From the IMG/VR virus record IMGVR_UViG_3300046707_000142, positions 1-38,055 of that record: a stretch of 38,055 nt of DNA; one strand, 5' to 3'. Under the pieces are notes generated by a model that did not search any database, was not told where the DNA came from, and saw only the letters and a program-made list of their open reading frames with translations. The stretch comes from a virus. Lineage: Duplodnaviria; Caudoviricetes. Every line of letters begins with the position of its first letter. Position 1 is the first letter of the stretch. Positions 17,937 through 28,401 of the stretch are shown piece by piece. Position numbers and translations under genes: made by a program.

Positions 17937-18736
17937 GCTTCGACCTCGGCGCGGTCGTGCCCTTGTCGGTGTCCCTGACGGGCGAGGATGGGCAGCCGGC
18001 GGATGCCACCGCGATGACCGTCACGATCATGCTCCCGGACGGCACGACCGCCAGCACCCCGGTCACCTCGAGCCCGATCGGCACCTACACCTACGAGTAC
18101 CCGACCGTGCAGGCCGGCCGACATGTGGTCCGCTGGCTCGCCACCGGCGCCAACGCCGGTGCCTACACTGACATGTTCGAGGTAGTCCCCGCCGACCCGG
18201 GCGCCCTGGTCTCCCTCAAGGACGCGAAGGATCAGCTGAACATCACGGGCGACAGCGACGACGCCGAACTGATGCGGGTGCTGCGGTCCGTGACCCGGCC
18301 GGTCGAACGGATCGTCGGCTCCGTCGTACGCCGCTCCTGGACCGAGACCGTCGACGGTGGCCACCAGAAGATCACCCTGCAGCGTTTCCCGGTCCTGGCC
18401 GTCACGCAGGTCACCGAGAACGGCACGGTCCTCGACACGTCCGCGTACACCCTCAAGCGGGACGCCGGCGTGCTCACTCGGGTTTCTGGCGGCTGCGCCA
18501 CGCGGTGGCGACCGGGCGTCGACAACCTCGTCGTGACCTACGAGGCCGGCCGCGTCATCACCGGCGACGATGTCCGCCAGGCCGTGCTGATCATCCTGCA
18601 GCATCTGTGGGACACCCAGCGCGGCGGCTTCAACGCCAGCCCGCGCGACGCCGACACCTACGACCCACGGTTCGGCTACTCCATTCCACGCCGCGCACTG
18701 GAGCTACTCGGCGAACCGATCCCCGGGATCGCCTGA
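17933..18736 (+). CDS. Head-tail connector/adaptor with extra N-terminal Ig-like domain
   Basis: LVSLKDAKDQLNI, VTYEAG, AVLIILQHLW, IPRRALELL. Confidence 0.8.
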   Translation: MSFDLGAVVPLSVSLTGEDGQPADATAMTVTIMLPDGTTASTPVTSSPIGTYTYEYPTVQAGRHVVRWLATGANAGAYTDMFEVVPADPGALVSLKDAKDQLNITGDSDDAELMRVLRSVTRPVERIVGSVVRRSWTETVDGGHQKITLQRFPVLAVTQVTENGTVLDTSAYTLKRDAGVLTRVSGGCATRWRPGVDNLVVTYEAGRVITGDDVRQAVLIILQHLWDTQRGGFNASPRDADTYDPRFGYSIPRRALELLGEPIPGIA

Positions 18737-19185
18737 TGCCCAGCACCGTAAGCACCCTGCCAGCCGCCCTGGACGCCCTGCTGCAGGCGCTAGGGCTCGC
18801 GCTGCCAGACAAGGTCCAGCTCATCGACGGCCAGCCGATCCGCACCGACCCCGACATCATCGCCATCGGTTTCAACGGCGAACCGGAAACCGAGATGATC
18901 ACGACCACGCGCCGGCGTGCCGACCGCGGCGGCCGCAGCGACAGCGAAACCCACGACATCAGCTGCATCGCCTCGTCCTGGCGCGGCGACACCGACCCCA
19001 AGCTGGTGCGCGACCGGGCGTTCGAGCTCATCGACCTGGTCGCCGCTGAGCTCGCCCGCGACCGCACCCTCGACCGCACGGTCGCCCGCGCGTATCTCAC
19101 GGTCTCCGGCGTCGCCCCCGTACAGACCACCAAGGGCGCGATGTGCACCGTCCGATTCACGATCCGCATCGACGCCTTCACCTAG
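18736..19185 (+). CDS. Probable tail terminator/completion protein
   Basis: TGATG-coupled; position and size. Confidence 0.65.
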   Translation: MPSTVSTLPAALDALLQALGLALPDKVQLIDGQPIRTDPDIIAIGFNGEPETEMITTTRRRADRGGRSDSETHDISCIASSWRGDTDPKLVRDRAFELIDLVAAELARDRTLDRTVARAYLTVSGVAPVQTTKGAMCTVRFTIRIDAFT

Positions 19186-19189
19186 GCCG

Positions 19190-19612
19190 ATGAGCGTCGA
19201 CCGGAGGGAACTCGAAGACCTCATCCGGGACCTCGGCGCCGTCCCACCCGCCGTGCGGCGTGCCCTTCGCGCCGGCGGCATGGTCCGCGCCGGCCAGCCC
19301 GCACTCCTCGAAGTGAGACGCCGCGCCGGCTGGTCAACCCGGATCCCCGGCGCCACCACCCTGACGCCATCGTCCGGATCGCGGCCCGGCATCACGATCC
19401 GCGTTAGCGCGGCCCAGGCGCCGCACGCCCGCCCGTACGAACACGACGGCAGCCCAGGGATCTTCCGCCACCCCTACTACGGCAACCGCCGCAAGTGGGT
19501 GGACCAGCCAGCGCGGCCGTTCTTTTACCCCGGCGTCGCAGCAGCGGCCCCCCAGGTCGCTGAGGCGGTCGCCGAGATCGTCGTCGGCGTCGCCGAACAG
19601 CACGGTTTCTAG
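19190..19612 (+). CDS. HK97 gp10-like neck protein
   Basis: APHARPYE, FRHPYYGNR, QPARPFFYPG. Confidence 0.75.
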   Translation: MSVDRRELEDLIRDLGAVPPAVRRALRAGGMVRAGQPALLEVRRRAGWSTRIPGATTLTPSSGSRPGITIRVSAAQAPHARPYEHDGSPGIFRHPYYGNRRKWVDQPARPFFYPGVAAAAPQVAEAVAEIVVGVAEQHGF

Positions 19613-19628
19613 CGAAGAGAGGTTTCTG

Positions 19629-19955
19629 ATGGCGACTCTGCCCACGCAGGTGATCGGCCTTACTGGCACGGCGATCACCTTCGACACCGCCGCCGCGTCC
19701 GGTGGTGACAAATGTGTGCCAGGCACGGACGTGAAATTGCTGGTCAAGAACGGCGCGGGATCCAGCGTCACCGTGACCCTCGGTACGCCCGGCACAGTAG
19801 ACGGCGACCTGGCCATCGCGGACCGGACGATGGTGGTCGCGGCCGGCGCGATGGACGGCATCCGGATCACCGACCGGTACCGCGATCCCGCCACCGGGCT
19901 GGCGTCGATCACCTACTCTTCGCCGACCTCCGTCACCGTGGCGGTGATCCGGTAA
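19629..19955 (+). CDS. Hypothetical virion protein
   Basis: GAGG RBS; beta-rich 108 aa (LLVKNG, VTVAVI). Confidence 0.7.
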   Translation: MATLPTQVIGLTGTAITFDTAAASGGDKCVPGTDVKLLVKNGAGSSVTVTLGTPGTVDGDLAIADRTMVVAAGAMDGIRITDRYRDPATGLASITYSSPTSVTVAVIR

Positions 19956-20209
19956 TGGCACCGAAGCTCGTAAAGATTGTTCACCCCGAGGCCGGCGAGT
20001 CGATGGTCCCGGAGAGCGCCGTTCCGCACTGGCGTACGGCCGGGTGGGCTCCGGCTTCGGAGGTCGAGCAGGCCGACAACGCGGGCGAACAGACTCCGCC
20101 CACCCCCACCCCCACCCCCGCCGGGACGAGTCCCCTGAGCTCGGCAGGCGACGAGTCGCAGAAAGACATGCCGGCGGCCCGCGGTCGTCGCAGTGAAGGA
20201 GGTAAGTGA
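19955..20209 (+). CDS. Hypothetical protein
   Basis: TAATG-coupled; VPESAVPHWRTAGW then Pro/Thr-rich tail. Confidence 0.7.
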   Translation: MAPKLVKIVHPEAGESMVPESAVPHWRTAGWAPASEVEQADNAGEQTPPTPTPTPAGTSPLSSAGDESQKDMPAARGRRSEGGK

Positions 20210-20694
20210 TGGCGGCTACGCCGATCGCCGCGACTGAGCGGTTCTTCGCGCCCGAGGTCACCAAGATCGTGTTCGTGACGGAGCTGGGCAGCAAGTCCAG
20301 CCCGCTCCGCAGCGAGATCGACGGCGGCCTGGAGCTGTCCGGCGAGGTCTCTGACGCGTCCGGCTGGAACGTGAGCTCGGCTCAGATCGACACCCCGGAC
20401 TACGGGAAGAAGTTCACTGGCAAGATCGGTGGCCGCACCGAGGTCGCCGACAGCAGCCTGAAGATGTACCAGTCCCAGGACACCGACGACATCCGGCGCG
20501 TCATGCCCCGTAACACCCGGGGTTTCATCTTGATCATGTGGGGTGGCGACGTCCCCACGCAGATGATGGACGTCTACCCGGTCGAGGTCCTGTCCAACGG
20601 CAAGACCATCCCCGACTCCGCGGCCGCCGACATCACGATCAGTTTCTCGATCACGGACGAGCCCGCCGAGAACGTTCTGATCCCGGCCGCATGA
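20209..20694 (+). CDS. Major tail (tube) protein
   Basis: AAGGAGG RBS; IDTPD...KIGGR, DVYPV, FSITDEPAENV; precedes chaperone and TMP. Confidence 0.85.
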   Translation: MAATPIAATERFFAPEVTKIVFVTELGSKSSPLRSEIDGGLELSGEVSDASGWNVSSAQIDTPDYGKKFTGKIGGRTEVADSSLKMYQSQDTDDIRRVMPRNTRGFILIMWGGDVPTQMMDVYPVEVLSNGKTIPDSAAADITISFSITDEPAENVLIPAA

Positions 20695-21212
20695 GCGACA
20701 CCACGAAGGCGGCCCGGCGCGAACGACTGCTGGGCCGCAAACGCCGCACGCTCATCTACCAGCTCGCGGTCGACGAGGACGCCGACGCGGTCGCCGAGCT
20801 CATCGAAGCGAAGGACGCCCTGGACACCGCGCAGATCGCCGCCGAGGACCTGCCGGCCGACCGGGCCGACCAGCTGATCGGCGAGGCCGAAGCGCGTCTT
20901 CAGCGGGCCCGTGAGGCCGTCGCGGCATGCTACGAGCCGGTGCCGCTGACCGCGATGCTGCCGACGGAGTTCGAGGCGCTCGCGGCCAAGCCGGAGCACG
21001 TCGCGCGCGATGGGCGGGAGGAGCGGTGGAACGAGGACACCTTCCCTCGTGCCGTGTTCTTCGAGTGCCTCTCACCGGATGATGACCTGTCCGCCGAGGA
21101 ATGGGCGACTCTCATCGACACCAGCCTGGCCAGCGGCGAGCGGAAGCACCTGTTCGCCGTCGCTGTCGGGCTGAACTCGCGGATGCCCTCCGGGAGCATC
21201 CCAAACGTCTGA
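20691..21212 (+). CDS. Tail assembly chaperone (gpG-like)
   Basis: Between tail tube and TMP; ends at slippery C CCA AAC. Confidence 0.8.
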   Translation: MSDTTKAARRERLLGRKRRTLIYQLAVDEDADAVAELIEAKDALDTAQIAAEDLPADRADQLIGEAEARLQRAREAVAACYEPVPLTAMLPTEFEALAAKPEHVARDGREERWNEDTFPRAVFFECLSPDDDLSAEEWATLIDTSLASGERKHLFAVAVGLNSRMPSGSIPNV

Positions 21213-21541
21213 GGGCAGACCCCGAGCTGGAGCTTGAGCTCGGGGTCTGCCATCACTACCGCATCCCGCACTCCGAGTTCCTCGCGTGGAGCGACGACGA
21301 CCGGGACAAGGCCATCTGGCAGTACCTGCGAGAGCGATCGACCTGCTCGGAATGTGGGACCCGGCCCGATGAATGGGACCCAGCGCAGGGCGGCCACCGC
21401 CGCGCGTACCTCGCGCACGTCGAGACGTGCCGCGGCTGCCAGGCCCGCGAAGCCCGCTCCGACGCCCTGAAAGACGACCAGCGCGGCCGCGGCATGCGCG
21501 TTGTCCTAAGACGACGGGAGGTCACACATGGCCCGGCGTGA
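21200..21541 (+). CDS. Tail assembly chaperone -1 frameshift extension (gpGT-like)
   Basis: CCCAAAC 21200-21206 in X XXY YYZ phase; -1 frame open to 21541 with CSECG...CRGC. Confidence 0.8.
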   Translation, partial: PKRLRADPELELELGVCHHYRIPHSEFLAWSDDDRDKAIWQYLRERSTCSECGTRPDEWDPAQGGHRRAYLAHVETCRGCQAREARSDALKDDQRGRGMRVVLRRREVTHGPA

Positions 21542-24500
21542 CCTCACCATCGGCATCGACGGCGACGACCGCGGCCTCGACGACGCCCTCGACCGGTCGA
21601 AGGATAAAGCCGAAGGTCTGGACCGAGGCCTGGCCAAGGTCGAGCGGCAGCAGGCCGCCCAGGAGAAGGTCACCGAACGCGCGGCCGCCGCCATCCGCAA
21701 GTACAGCGGGGATATGACCGGGGCGGCCCTGGCCGCCAAGCGGATGGGCGACGAGGCCGCGCGTGCCGCCGACAAAGCCGCCAAGGCTCAGGTCCGTGCG
21801 GCGGCCGCCGCCGAGGCCGCCAAACGCGGCATCCTGGATGAGGCCAAGGCCGCGCGGATCGCGGAGCAAGCTGACGAGGCGCTGGAGCGTGCCGCGCTCA
21901 AAGCAGCTGCCGCGCAGATCGCCGTAGCCAAAGCCGCGGACCAGCAGGCCAAGGCTGAAAGGGAACTCGCCGGGGAAGCTGTCCGGCAGGAGGCGGTCAA
22001 CGCCCGGATGCGCGGCGGCCTGGTCTCACTCGCCGCCGCCGGTGCCGCTGTGGCGGTCCCGGTCGGCGCCGCCGGCCTCGCGGTCGCCGGGTTCGCCGCG
22101 GTGGCCGCGCCCAGCATCCTCAAGGTCGTCAAGGCGCAACAGGATCTCGCGACGAACTGGGACACCCTGGATGCGGGCCAGAAGGTCGCGGCGTCCAGCG
22201 TGCAGGGGCTGATCGCCGACTACAAGGCTCTCGCCAAGAGCTATGAGCCCGAAGCGCTGCAGGTCTTCAACGGCGCCGTGTCCACGACGAGGCAGTTGCT
22301 GCCCGAACTCCGCCGGACCGTCGACGCGACGAAGGGAAGCATCGCTGACTTCGGCACCTCGCTGGAGAACACCCTCGGCCGTGAAACCCCTCGCCTGTTC
22401 GCACTCGCCCGCACACAGGCGGCGCCAGCGCTGAATGAGCTCGGTACGACGTTCGATGAGACCGCGCAGCTGGCGGTCTCGCTCGTCCACGATCTGGCAC
22501 CGATGGGCTTGCAACTGCTCGGCGTGGCGAACGGTGGCCTGCGCGCACTCAACGCGCTCGAGGAGATCAACCCTCACCTAGTGGAGGTCGGTGCGACCCT
22601 GCTGGCGGTGCGGGGGCCGGCGTCCGCGCTCGGCAACCTATGGGTCAGCGGCGCGACCAGACTCGGCAGGTACAGCAAGGCCGCGACAGAGGCGGAGAAG
22701 ACGACCGCGACGCTGAGCAAGACGGTCGGCTCTTCCCCGAACATCTACCTGGGTGCGGCGCTCGCGGTAGGGCTGTTGTCCTACCGGTGGGCGACAGCGA
22801 AGAGCGCGCTCGACAACCGCGTCGATGCGATCCGAGCGGAAGCCAGTGCCACCAAGAACAGTGTCGCGGCGCACCAGAAGGCGATCGTGGCGCTCGGCCA
22901 GGAGTCGGTCGGCTGGACGACCTACAACAAGGCCGTGGCCGCGGGTGATGCCGGGCTCAGGAAGCACGCCTCGGCGTTCGACCAGTCAGGCTCGGTGCGG
23001 ATCCGGAAGGCCATCGACGCCGAGCAAAAAGCGATCACCAACATCACCCAGGGTGAGGACCTGCTGGGGAAGCAGTACGGCATCACGGCCACGCAGGCGG
23101 ACGCGCTTGCAACCGCCGCCGGCGTTGACTTGTCCAAGGGCATCACGGGCAGCGGTGCCGCCGCCAAACAGGCGCAGCTGAAGATCAAGCAGTACGCGGA
23201 GTCGGCCAAGGCCGCCAGCGATACGACGTTCATCGTCGGCAAGTCCCTGGACGCTGCCGGGAACAAAGCGCTGGACTTGAAGACGCGGGTGACGGCGCTC
23301 GACACAGCGTTCGGCGCGCTGGCCGGCCCGGAGCTGCAGGCATACGACGCCACGACCAAGACCGCCGGCGCATTCGCACAGATGAACGAGGCGCTGAAGA
23401 AGTCCAAAGGGTCTCTGTCTGTCAACACGTCGGCGGGCCTGGCCGCACGATCCGCGTTCTCTTCTCTCCTGAACACGGTCCAGGAGAGCACCAAGTCGCA
23501 ATATCAGTACGAGTCGGTGACCCTCGGGGTCGTCAAGGCGAAGGCGAACCTGGCGGACCGCGCGAGGGCCATGCTGCCCTTGTTGCTGGCTGAGACGCAT
23601 GGCAGCAAGGCTGCCGCGAACGCCGTCCTGGACTGGGCGAACTCGCAGGGGGTCGGCAAGACCCGCGCTGAGGCGCTCAACGTGATCCTCGGCGTCGGTA
23701 AGAAGGCGTTCTTGGCGGCCGCGAAGAGCGCGGGTCTGGGCACGAAGGCTGCCAACGACCTGTGGGCCGCGCTCAACAAGCTCCCGCAGGTCAAGAACAC
23801 CAAGATCAACAACAACGCCAAGGAGAAGCGGAAGGAGGTCGAGGACTACCAGGCCAAACTGGACGCCTTGCACGGCAAGAACGTCCACATCGGCGACAAC
23901 GCCGCGGACGCTCAGGCACGCGTGAATCGGGTCCAGCAGGCCATCAACGCCCTGCACAACAGGACCGTCACGATCACCACTCGGAAGATCATCGAGACGC
24001 TCGAGATTGCGCACCGGACCTCCCAGGCAGAGCGAGCACGTGCAGACGGCGGCATCGACCGGTATGCCGCCGGTGGGATGCGCCATGACCTGCCACCGCA
24101 CATCGTCACCCGGCCGACCGTCCTGTACGGCGAGCCGGAGACGGGCGGCGAAGCGTACATCCCTCTCGGCGAGGCGAAGCGCACGAGGTCGAAGGAACTG
24201 CTCAGCGACGTCGCGCGCATCTTCGGTCTGTCCGTCGTACGGCCGATGGCCGACGGCGGCATCCTGAAGTTCGCCGACGGTGGCGCGACGGTGAGTCTCA
24301 GCGACGTCTTGTCGCAGTGGCAGACCGTGGTTCAGCCCGCCAGCAGCAGCGACGTGACCGCCGCGAAGAAGACCCGAGCCACGCAGAAGGACCAGCTGGC
24401 CAACGCGAACGCGGCCTTGCGGCGGGCCGAGCGGGAGTCGACCAAGACCCACCGGGACCGCGTGAAGCGTGCCGAGGACATCGCCGCGGCCGAACGCCGC

Positions 24501-25307
24501 GTGAAGAAGGAACGCAGCGACCTCGCGGACGCCACGAAGAAGCTGACCGATGTCGAGAAGCGCTACCAGGCGGGACGGCAGTCCCCGGCGGCGCAGCTCG
24601 GATCGGCACTGGCCCTGAACATCAAGAACACCGGCGCGTTCATCTCGAACTTGAGCACGCTCACCGATCGGGGGTTTGGGGTGCTCGCGCAGCACCTGCT
24701 CGCCCAGGGTGACGCGACCGCGGAGAAGATCGCCGCCGACGCGGTCAAGATGTCGACCTCGAAGCTGTCGGGGTTGCAGAAACAGGTGCAGCAGGCCGAC
24801 CAGCAGCAGACCACCCTCGCGGGCCTCGGCAGCATCCTGACCATCAAAACCGCGATGAAGGGTGGTTCGAACACCTGGGATTCCCTGCTCACCGCGACCG
24901 GCCTCGCGCCGAACGACCTGGCCGCCACCCTCAAGCTCATGTCAGCGGACCTGGCCAAGACCGCGGCAGGGCAGGCGCTGCTCGCGATGATGAAGGCCCA
25001 CGGGTACGCGCGCGGCGGCGAGATCACCGGTACGCCGGGCGTCGACAACGTCCCGCTCTGGGGAACGGCCGGAGAGTTCATGGTCAACCGGCAGGCCACC
25101 GGGCGGAACAAGGACCTCCTCAACGCGATCAACACCGGCCGCCCCCTGCAGCTCCCCGCTGGGATGGTCCGGGGTGGCGACGGAGCGTCCGCCGGGCGAC
25201 CCGTCGTCATCAACGTGTACGCCCGGGACTCTCAATCGGCTCTGGCCACCGCGAAGGCCACCGCGCACGAGCTGGGCTGGGAGCTGAAGAAGGGTGGCAC
25301 CCAGTGA
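21528..25307 (+). CDS. Tape measure protein
   Basis: 1259 aa Ala-rich helical; YAAGG...GEPETGGEAYIPL and YARGG...GEFMVN motifs. Confidence 0.93.
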   Translation: MARRDLTIGIDGDDRGLDDALDRSKDKAEGLDRGLAKVERQQAAQEKVTERAAAAIRKYSGDMTGAALAAKRMGDEAARAADKAAKAQVRAAAAAEAAKRGILDEAKAARIAEQADEALERAALKAAAAQIAVAKAADQQAKAERELAGEAVRQEAVNARMRGGLVSLAAAGAAVAVPVGAAGLAVAGFAAVAAPSILKVVKAQQDLATNWDTLDAGQKVAASSVQGLIADYKALAKSYEPEALQVFNGAVSTTRQLLPELRRTVDATKGSIADFGTSLENTLGRETPRLFALARTQAAPALNELGTTFDETAQLAVSLVHDLAPMGLQLLGVANGGLRALNALEEINPHLVEVGATLLAVRGPASALGNLWVSGATRLGRYSKAATEAEKTTATLSKTVGSSPNIYLGAALAVGLLSYRWATAKSALDNRVDAIRAEASATKNSVAAHQKAIVALGQESVGWTTYNKAVAAGDAGLRKHASAFDQSGSVRIRKAIDAEQKAITNITQGEDLLGKQYGITATQADALATAAGVDLSKGITGSGAAAKQAQLKIKQYAESAKAASDTTFIVGKSLDAAGNKALDLKTRVTALDTAFGALAGPELQAYDATTKTAGAFAQMNEALKKSKGSLSVNTSAGLAARSAFSSLLNTVQESTKSQYQYESVTLGVVKAKANLADRARAMLPLLLAETHGSKAAANAVLDWANSQGVGKTRAEALNVILGVGKKAFLAAAKSAGLGTKAANDLWAALNKLPQVKNTKINNNAKEKRKEVEDYQAKLDALHGKNVHIGDNAADAQARVNRVQQAINALHNRTVTITTRKIIETLEIAHRTSQAERARADGGIDRYAAGGMRHDLPPHIVTRPTVLYGEPETGGEAYIPLGEAKRTRSKELLSDVARIFGLSVVRPMADGGILKFADGGATVSLSDVLSQWQTVVQPASSSDVTAAKKTRATQKDQLANANAALRRAERESTKTHRDRVKRAEDIAAAERRVKKERSDLADATKKLTDVEKRYQAGRQSPAAQLGSALALNIKNTGAFISNLSTLTDRGFGVLAQHLLAQGDATAEKIAADAVKMSTSKLSGLQKQVQQADQQQTTLAGLGSILTIKTAMKGGSNTWDSLLTATGLAPNDLAATLKLMSADLAKTAAGQALLAMMKAHGYARGGEITGTPGVDNVPLWGTAGEFMVNRQATGRNKDLLNAINTGRPLQLPAGMVRGGDGASAGRPVVINVYARDSQSALATAKATAHELGWELKKGGTQ

Positions 25308-26170
25308 CGACCCTGCTGGCCGCCCACACTTTCACCATCGACGGGTGGACGTGCGGCGCCGTCGACGACGCCGGCGTCGAATGGCGGCTCACCGACGTGC
25401 AGGGCTGGTTTGGCAGGGCCGGCGTCGGCGTCCGCACCGCCCGGGACGACCGGCCCGGGCGGCACGGGCAACTCCGCGGCCCGGCGTACCGCACCGAGCG
25501 GGTGATCAGCCTCGGCGGTGTCGCCCGCGCGCCCGACGCCACCACCCTCGACGTCGCCGGGGACCTGTTCGCGGCGATCTGCGACAACGACGACGTCCTC
25601 CACACACTCGTCGGCACCGACGCATCCGGCATCGCCAAGCAGGCCGCCGTGGAGCTGAACGCCGAGAGCAAGTTCGAGCACCAGACCGACACCGTCGCCG
25701 CATGGCAGCTCCAGTTCGCCGCTCCCGACCCGCTCCGATACGCGGTGACACCGTCCACCGGCAATTGCGGGTTGGCCACCACCAGCGGCGGCCTGGCCTT
25801 CCCCCTGACCTTCCCGCTCGACTTCGGGCCCGGCGCCGGCGGCGGCACGCTCCTGCTCCTCAATGCCGGCAATACCACGACCTGGCCGGTCTGGACGATC
25901 ACGGGACCGGTCACCAACCCGGTCATCCTCAACACCGCCACCGGCGAGCGCCTGGCGCTGAGCCTCACCATCGACGCCGGCCAGCAGCTGACCCTCGACA
26001 CCGACGCCCGCACCGTGATCCTCCAGGGCGTCGCGTCCCGCCGTGGATCCCTCGCCGCGACCTCGACATGGTTCCCGCTGAAGAAGGGCGCCACTGCCGT
26101 CGCGTTCCAGGCCGCTAGCTACGACCCTGCCGTCAGCCTCGCGGTTGCCTGGCGATCGGCATGGTCATGA
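25304..26170 (+). CDS. Distal tail (Dit-like) minor tail protein
   Basis: First gene after TMP; APDPLRY, FPLTFPLDFG, NAGN...WP..TITGP. Confidence 0.85.
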   Translation: MTTLLAAHTFTIDGWTCGAVDDAGVEWRLTDVQGWFGRAGVGVRTARDDRPGRHGQLRGPAYRTERVISLGGVARAPDATTLDVAGDLFAAICDNDDVLHTLVGTDASGIAKQAAVELNAESKFEHQTDTVAAWQLQFAAPDPLRYAVTPSTGNCGLATTSGGLAFPLTFPLDFGPGAGGGTLLLLNAGNTTTWPVWTITGPVTNPVILNTATGERLALSLTIDAGQQLTLDTDARTVILQGVASRRGSLAATSTWFPLKKGATAVAFQAASYDPAVSLAVAWRSAWS

Positions 26171-26185
26171 ACAGGAGTACAACAC

Positions 26186-27262
26186 GTGGCTGAACGCGAT
26201 TCCGGATGGGTCGGCGGTAGCGTCGTCGATGCCCAGGACGCCCGTCTGGCGACCGGCATGCTCATCCAAGCCGGCGCTGGGCCACTGCAGGTCCGCCAAG
26301 GCGTCAAGCCCGCCAGCGGTACGCCCGGCCTGGTCAAGCAGACCGGCACCGCTAGCAAGAACATCACGATCGAGCCGTTCCAGGCGGCGATCCAGGCGAC
26401 ACGCGCGACCGCCGGCGGGCCGTACCTGGCGACCCTGGACGCGCAGAAGACCGTCGATCTGCTGACGGCGAACCCGGCAGATGCGACGAACGCTCGCAGG
26501 GACCTGATCATCGCTCGCCAGTCCGATACCCAATGGTCGGACGCCAGCACCGCGATGGTCGTGCAGCAGGTGGTCGGTACCCCGTCCGGGAGCCCGGTCG
26601 ACCCGACACCAGCGGCCGGGGACTTCATCACCTTGGCCCGGGTCACGGTCCCGGCGACCGCGACCACGATCGTGTCTGCGAACATCACCGACCTGCGGCC
26701 GTTCGCCGTCGCGACCGGCGGGATCCTTCCCGTCACGACCCAGACCGAACGGGACGCGCTCACCAAGTACACCAGCATGGCCGTGTGGCGCCTGGACCTG
26801 AACCAGATGGAGGCATGGAACGGAACGACGTGGGGCGTGGTCGGCCCTGCGGCCGCTCCCGCCTACGCCCACGATGAGGGCGGCGGGTCAAGGACAGTCG
26901 CATCTTCCGCATCGTTCCTGGACTTCACCGGCCAGCCGACGGTCACGGTCACGGTCCCCGCCTCCGGAGTCTTGAAATGCGAGTGGGGGTTCGTCGGCTA
27001 CAACAACGCGTCCGAAAGCGCGACCCTGCGGCTGGGGCCCGTGATGTCGGGCGCGAACACAGTGGCAGCCACAACTCCGATCTCAGCCTGCGTGGCCGGA
27101 GGAGCCTCCACCACACCGCCGAGGTCAGCGTCCCGATCCAGGCTGTTCACCGGCCTGACGCCCGGCTCGACGACCGTGAAGCTCCAGGGCCGGCTTTCCA
27201 GCGGTACCACTTCGACGCATGCGATCCAGGATTCCTGGCTGTATGTCGAACCTCGGGTGTGA
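26186..27262 (+). CDS. Minor tail protein
   Basis: ADATNARRDLII, LARVTVPA, NITDLRP; AGGAG RBS. Confidence 0.8.
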   Translation: MAERDSGWVGGSVVDAQDARLATGMLIQAGAGPLQVRQGVKPASGTPGLVKQTGTASKNITIEPFQAAIQATRATAGGPYLATLDAQKTVDLLTANPADATNARRDLIIARQSDTQWSDASTAMVVQQVVGTPSGSPVDPTPAAGDFITLARVTVPATATTIVSANITDLRPFAVATGGILPVTTQTERDALTKYTSMAVWRLDLNQMEAWNGTTWGVVGPAAAPAYAHDEGGGSRTVASSASFLDFTGQPTVTVTVPASGVLKCEWGFVGYNNASESATLRLGPVMSGANTVAATTPISACVAGGASTTPPRSASRSRLFTGLTPGSTTVKLQGRLSSGTTSTHAIQDSWLYVEPRV

Positions 27263-28401
27263 CCGTGGCGACCTACACCTACCTGGCGGCCGACCTGGCC
27301 ACGAATAACATCCTGGCCGAGCTGCCACTTTCCGGCGTGAGGTTCTCCCGCGTCCTGAACGACGCCGGCACGTTCTCCGGGCAGTTGAAGCTGGGGGACC
27401 CGAAGGTGGCGCGCCTGGACCCGGCACGCGCGACCGAACCAGCCCGCACCTGCGTGTTCGTGGCCCGCGACGGGGTCATCCTCGGCGACTACATCATCTG
27501 GACCACCAGCTACGACTCCGACACCCAGACCCTGCAGATCGCTGGCGCCGACCCGCTGTCCTACTTCGACCACCGCAAGATCCTCCCGGTCCTGCCCGGT
27601 GTCCTCGACATCCAGACCGTCGCCCGGCAAAGCATCGCGTTCTCCCTCGCCGACCAGCTCGCCATCGCCCGGACCCTCGTCACAACGGCCCAGTCCCACA
27701 CCGGCGGGTCGATCGGCGTCACCGTCGATGCGACCGTGACCTCCACGACACTGCGTGACATCACCTACAACGGATACGAGCTGCGGAACGTCGGCGATGG
27801 CCTGCGGGACCTGAGTGCGTTGCAGGGCGGCCCCGACTTCTACTTCGACGCCACCTACATCGGCGGTGTCCCGACCCGCCGCCTCATCCTCGGCAACCCC
27901 CGCCTGGGCGCCACCGACCCCGGCGACAACGTCTTCGAACACGGCGCGAACCTGCTCAAATTCACCCAGCCACGCGACGGCTCGCAGATGGTCACCCGGT
28001 TCTTCGCCGTCGGGGACGGCACCGACGCCGACACCCCCATCGCGATCGCCGAGGACACCAGCCGCTACGGCGACGGCTGGCGGCTCCTAGAAGACAGCGC
28101 ATCGTTTTCGGGGACCATCACACCGGCCGACCTGCAGGGCCATGCCAACGCTGAGCAAGCTGCGCGCCGTAAACCGGTCGTGCTGCCGACCCTCACCGCC
28201 TACGGCGCTGGCAAGCCAGCGGTCGGTGAGTACATGCCGGGCGACGCGATCCGCCGGGTCGTGCCCGCGGGATGCGACCCGTACTTCCCCGCCGGCAACG
28301 ACATCACGCTGCGGCTCATCGCCTTCGAGGTCACTCCCGCAGACGGTAACCAGCTCGAAAGCGTTGACCTCACCGTAACGAGCATCCTGGAGGCAGCCTG
28401 A
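27259..28401 (+). CDS. Minor tail/baseplate hub protein
   Basis: ILAELPL...FSRVLNDAG, GGPDF, PGDAI; GTGA-coupled start. Confidence 0.8.
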   Translation: MTVATYTYLAADLATNNILAELPLSGVRFSRVLNDAGTFSGQLKLGDPKVARLDPARATEPARTCVFVARDGVILGDYIIWTTSYDSDTQTLQIAGADPLSYFDHRKILPVLPGVLDIQTVARQSIAFSLADQLAIARTLVTTAQSHTGGSIGVTVDATVTSTTLRDITYNGYELRNVGDGLRDLSALQGGPDFYFDATYIGGVPTRRLILGNPRLGATDPGDNVFEHGANLLKFTQPRDGSQMVTRFFAVGDGTDADTPIAIAEDTSRYGDGWRLLEDSASFSGTITPADLQGHANAEQAARRKPVVLPTLTAYGAGKPAVGEYMPGDAIRRVVPAGCDPYFPAGNDITLRLIAFEVTPADGNQLESVDLTVTSILEAA

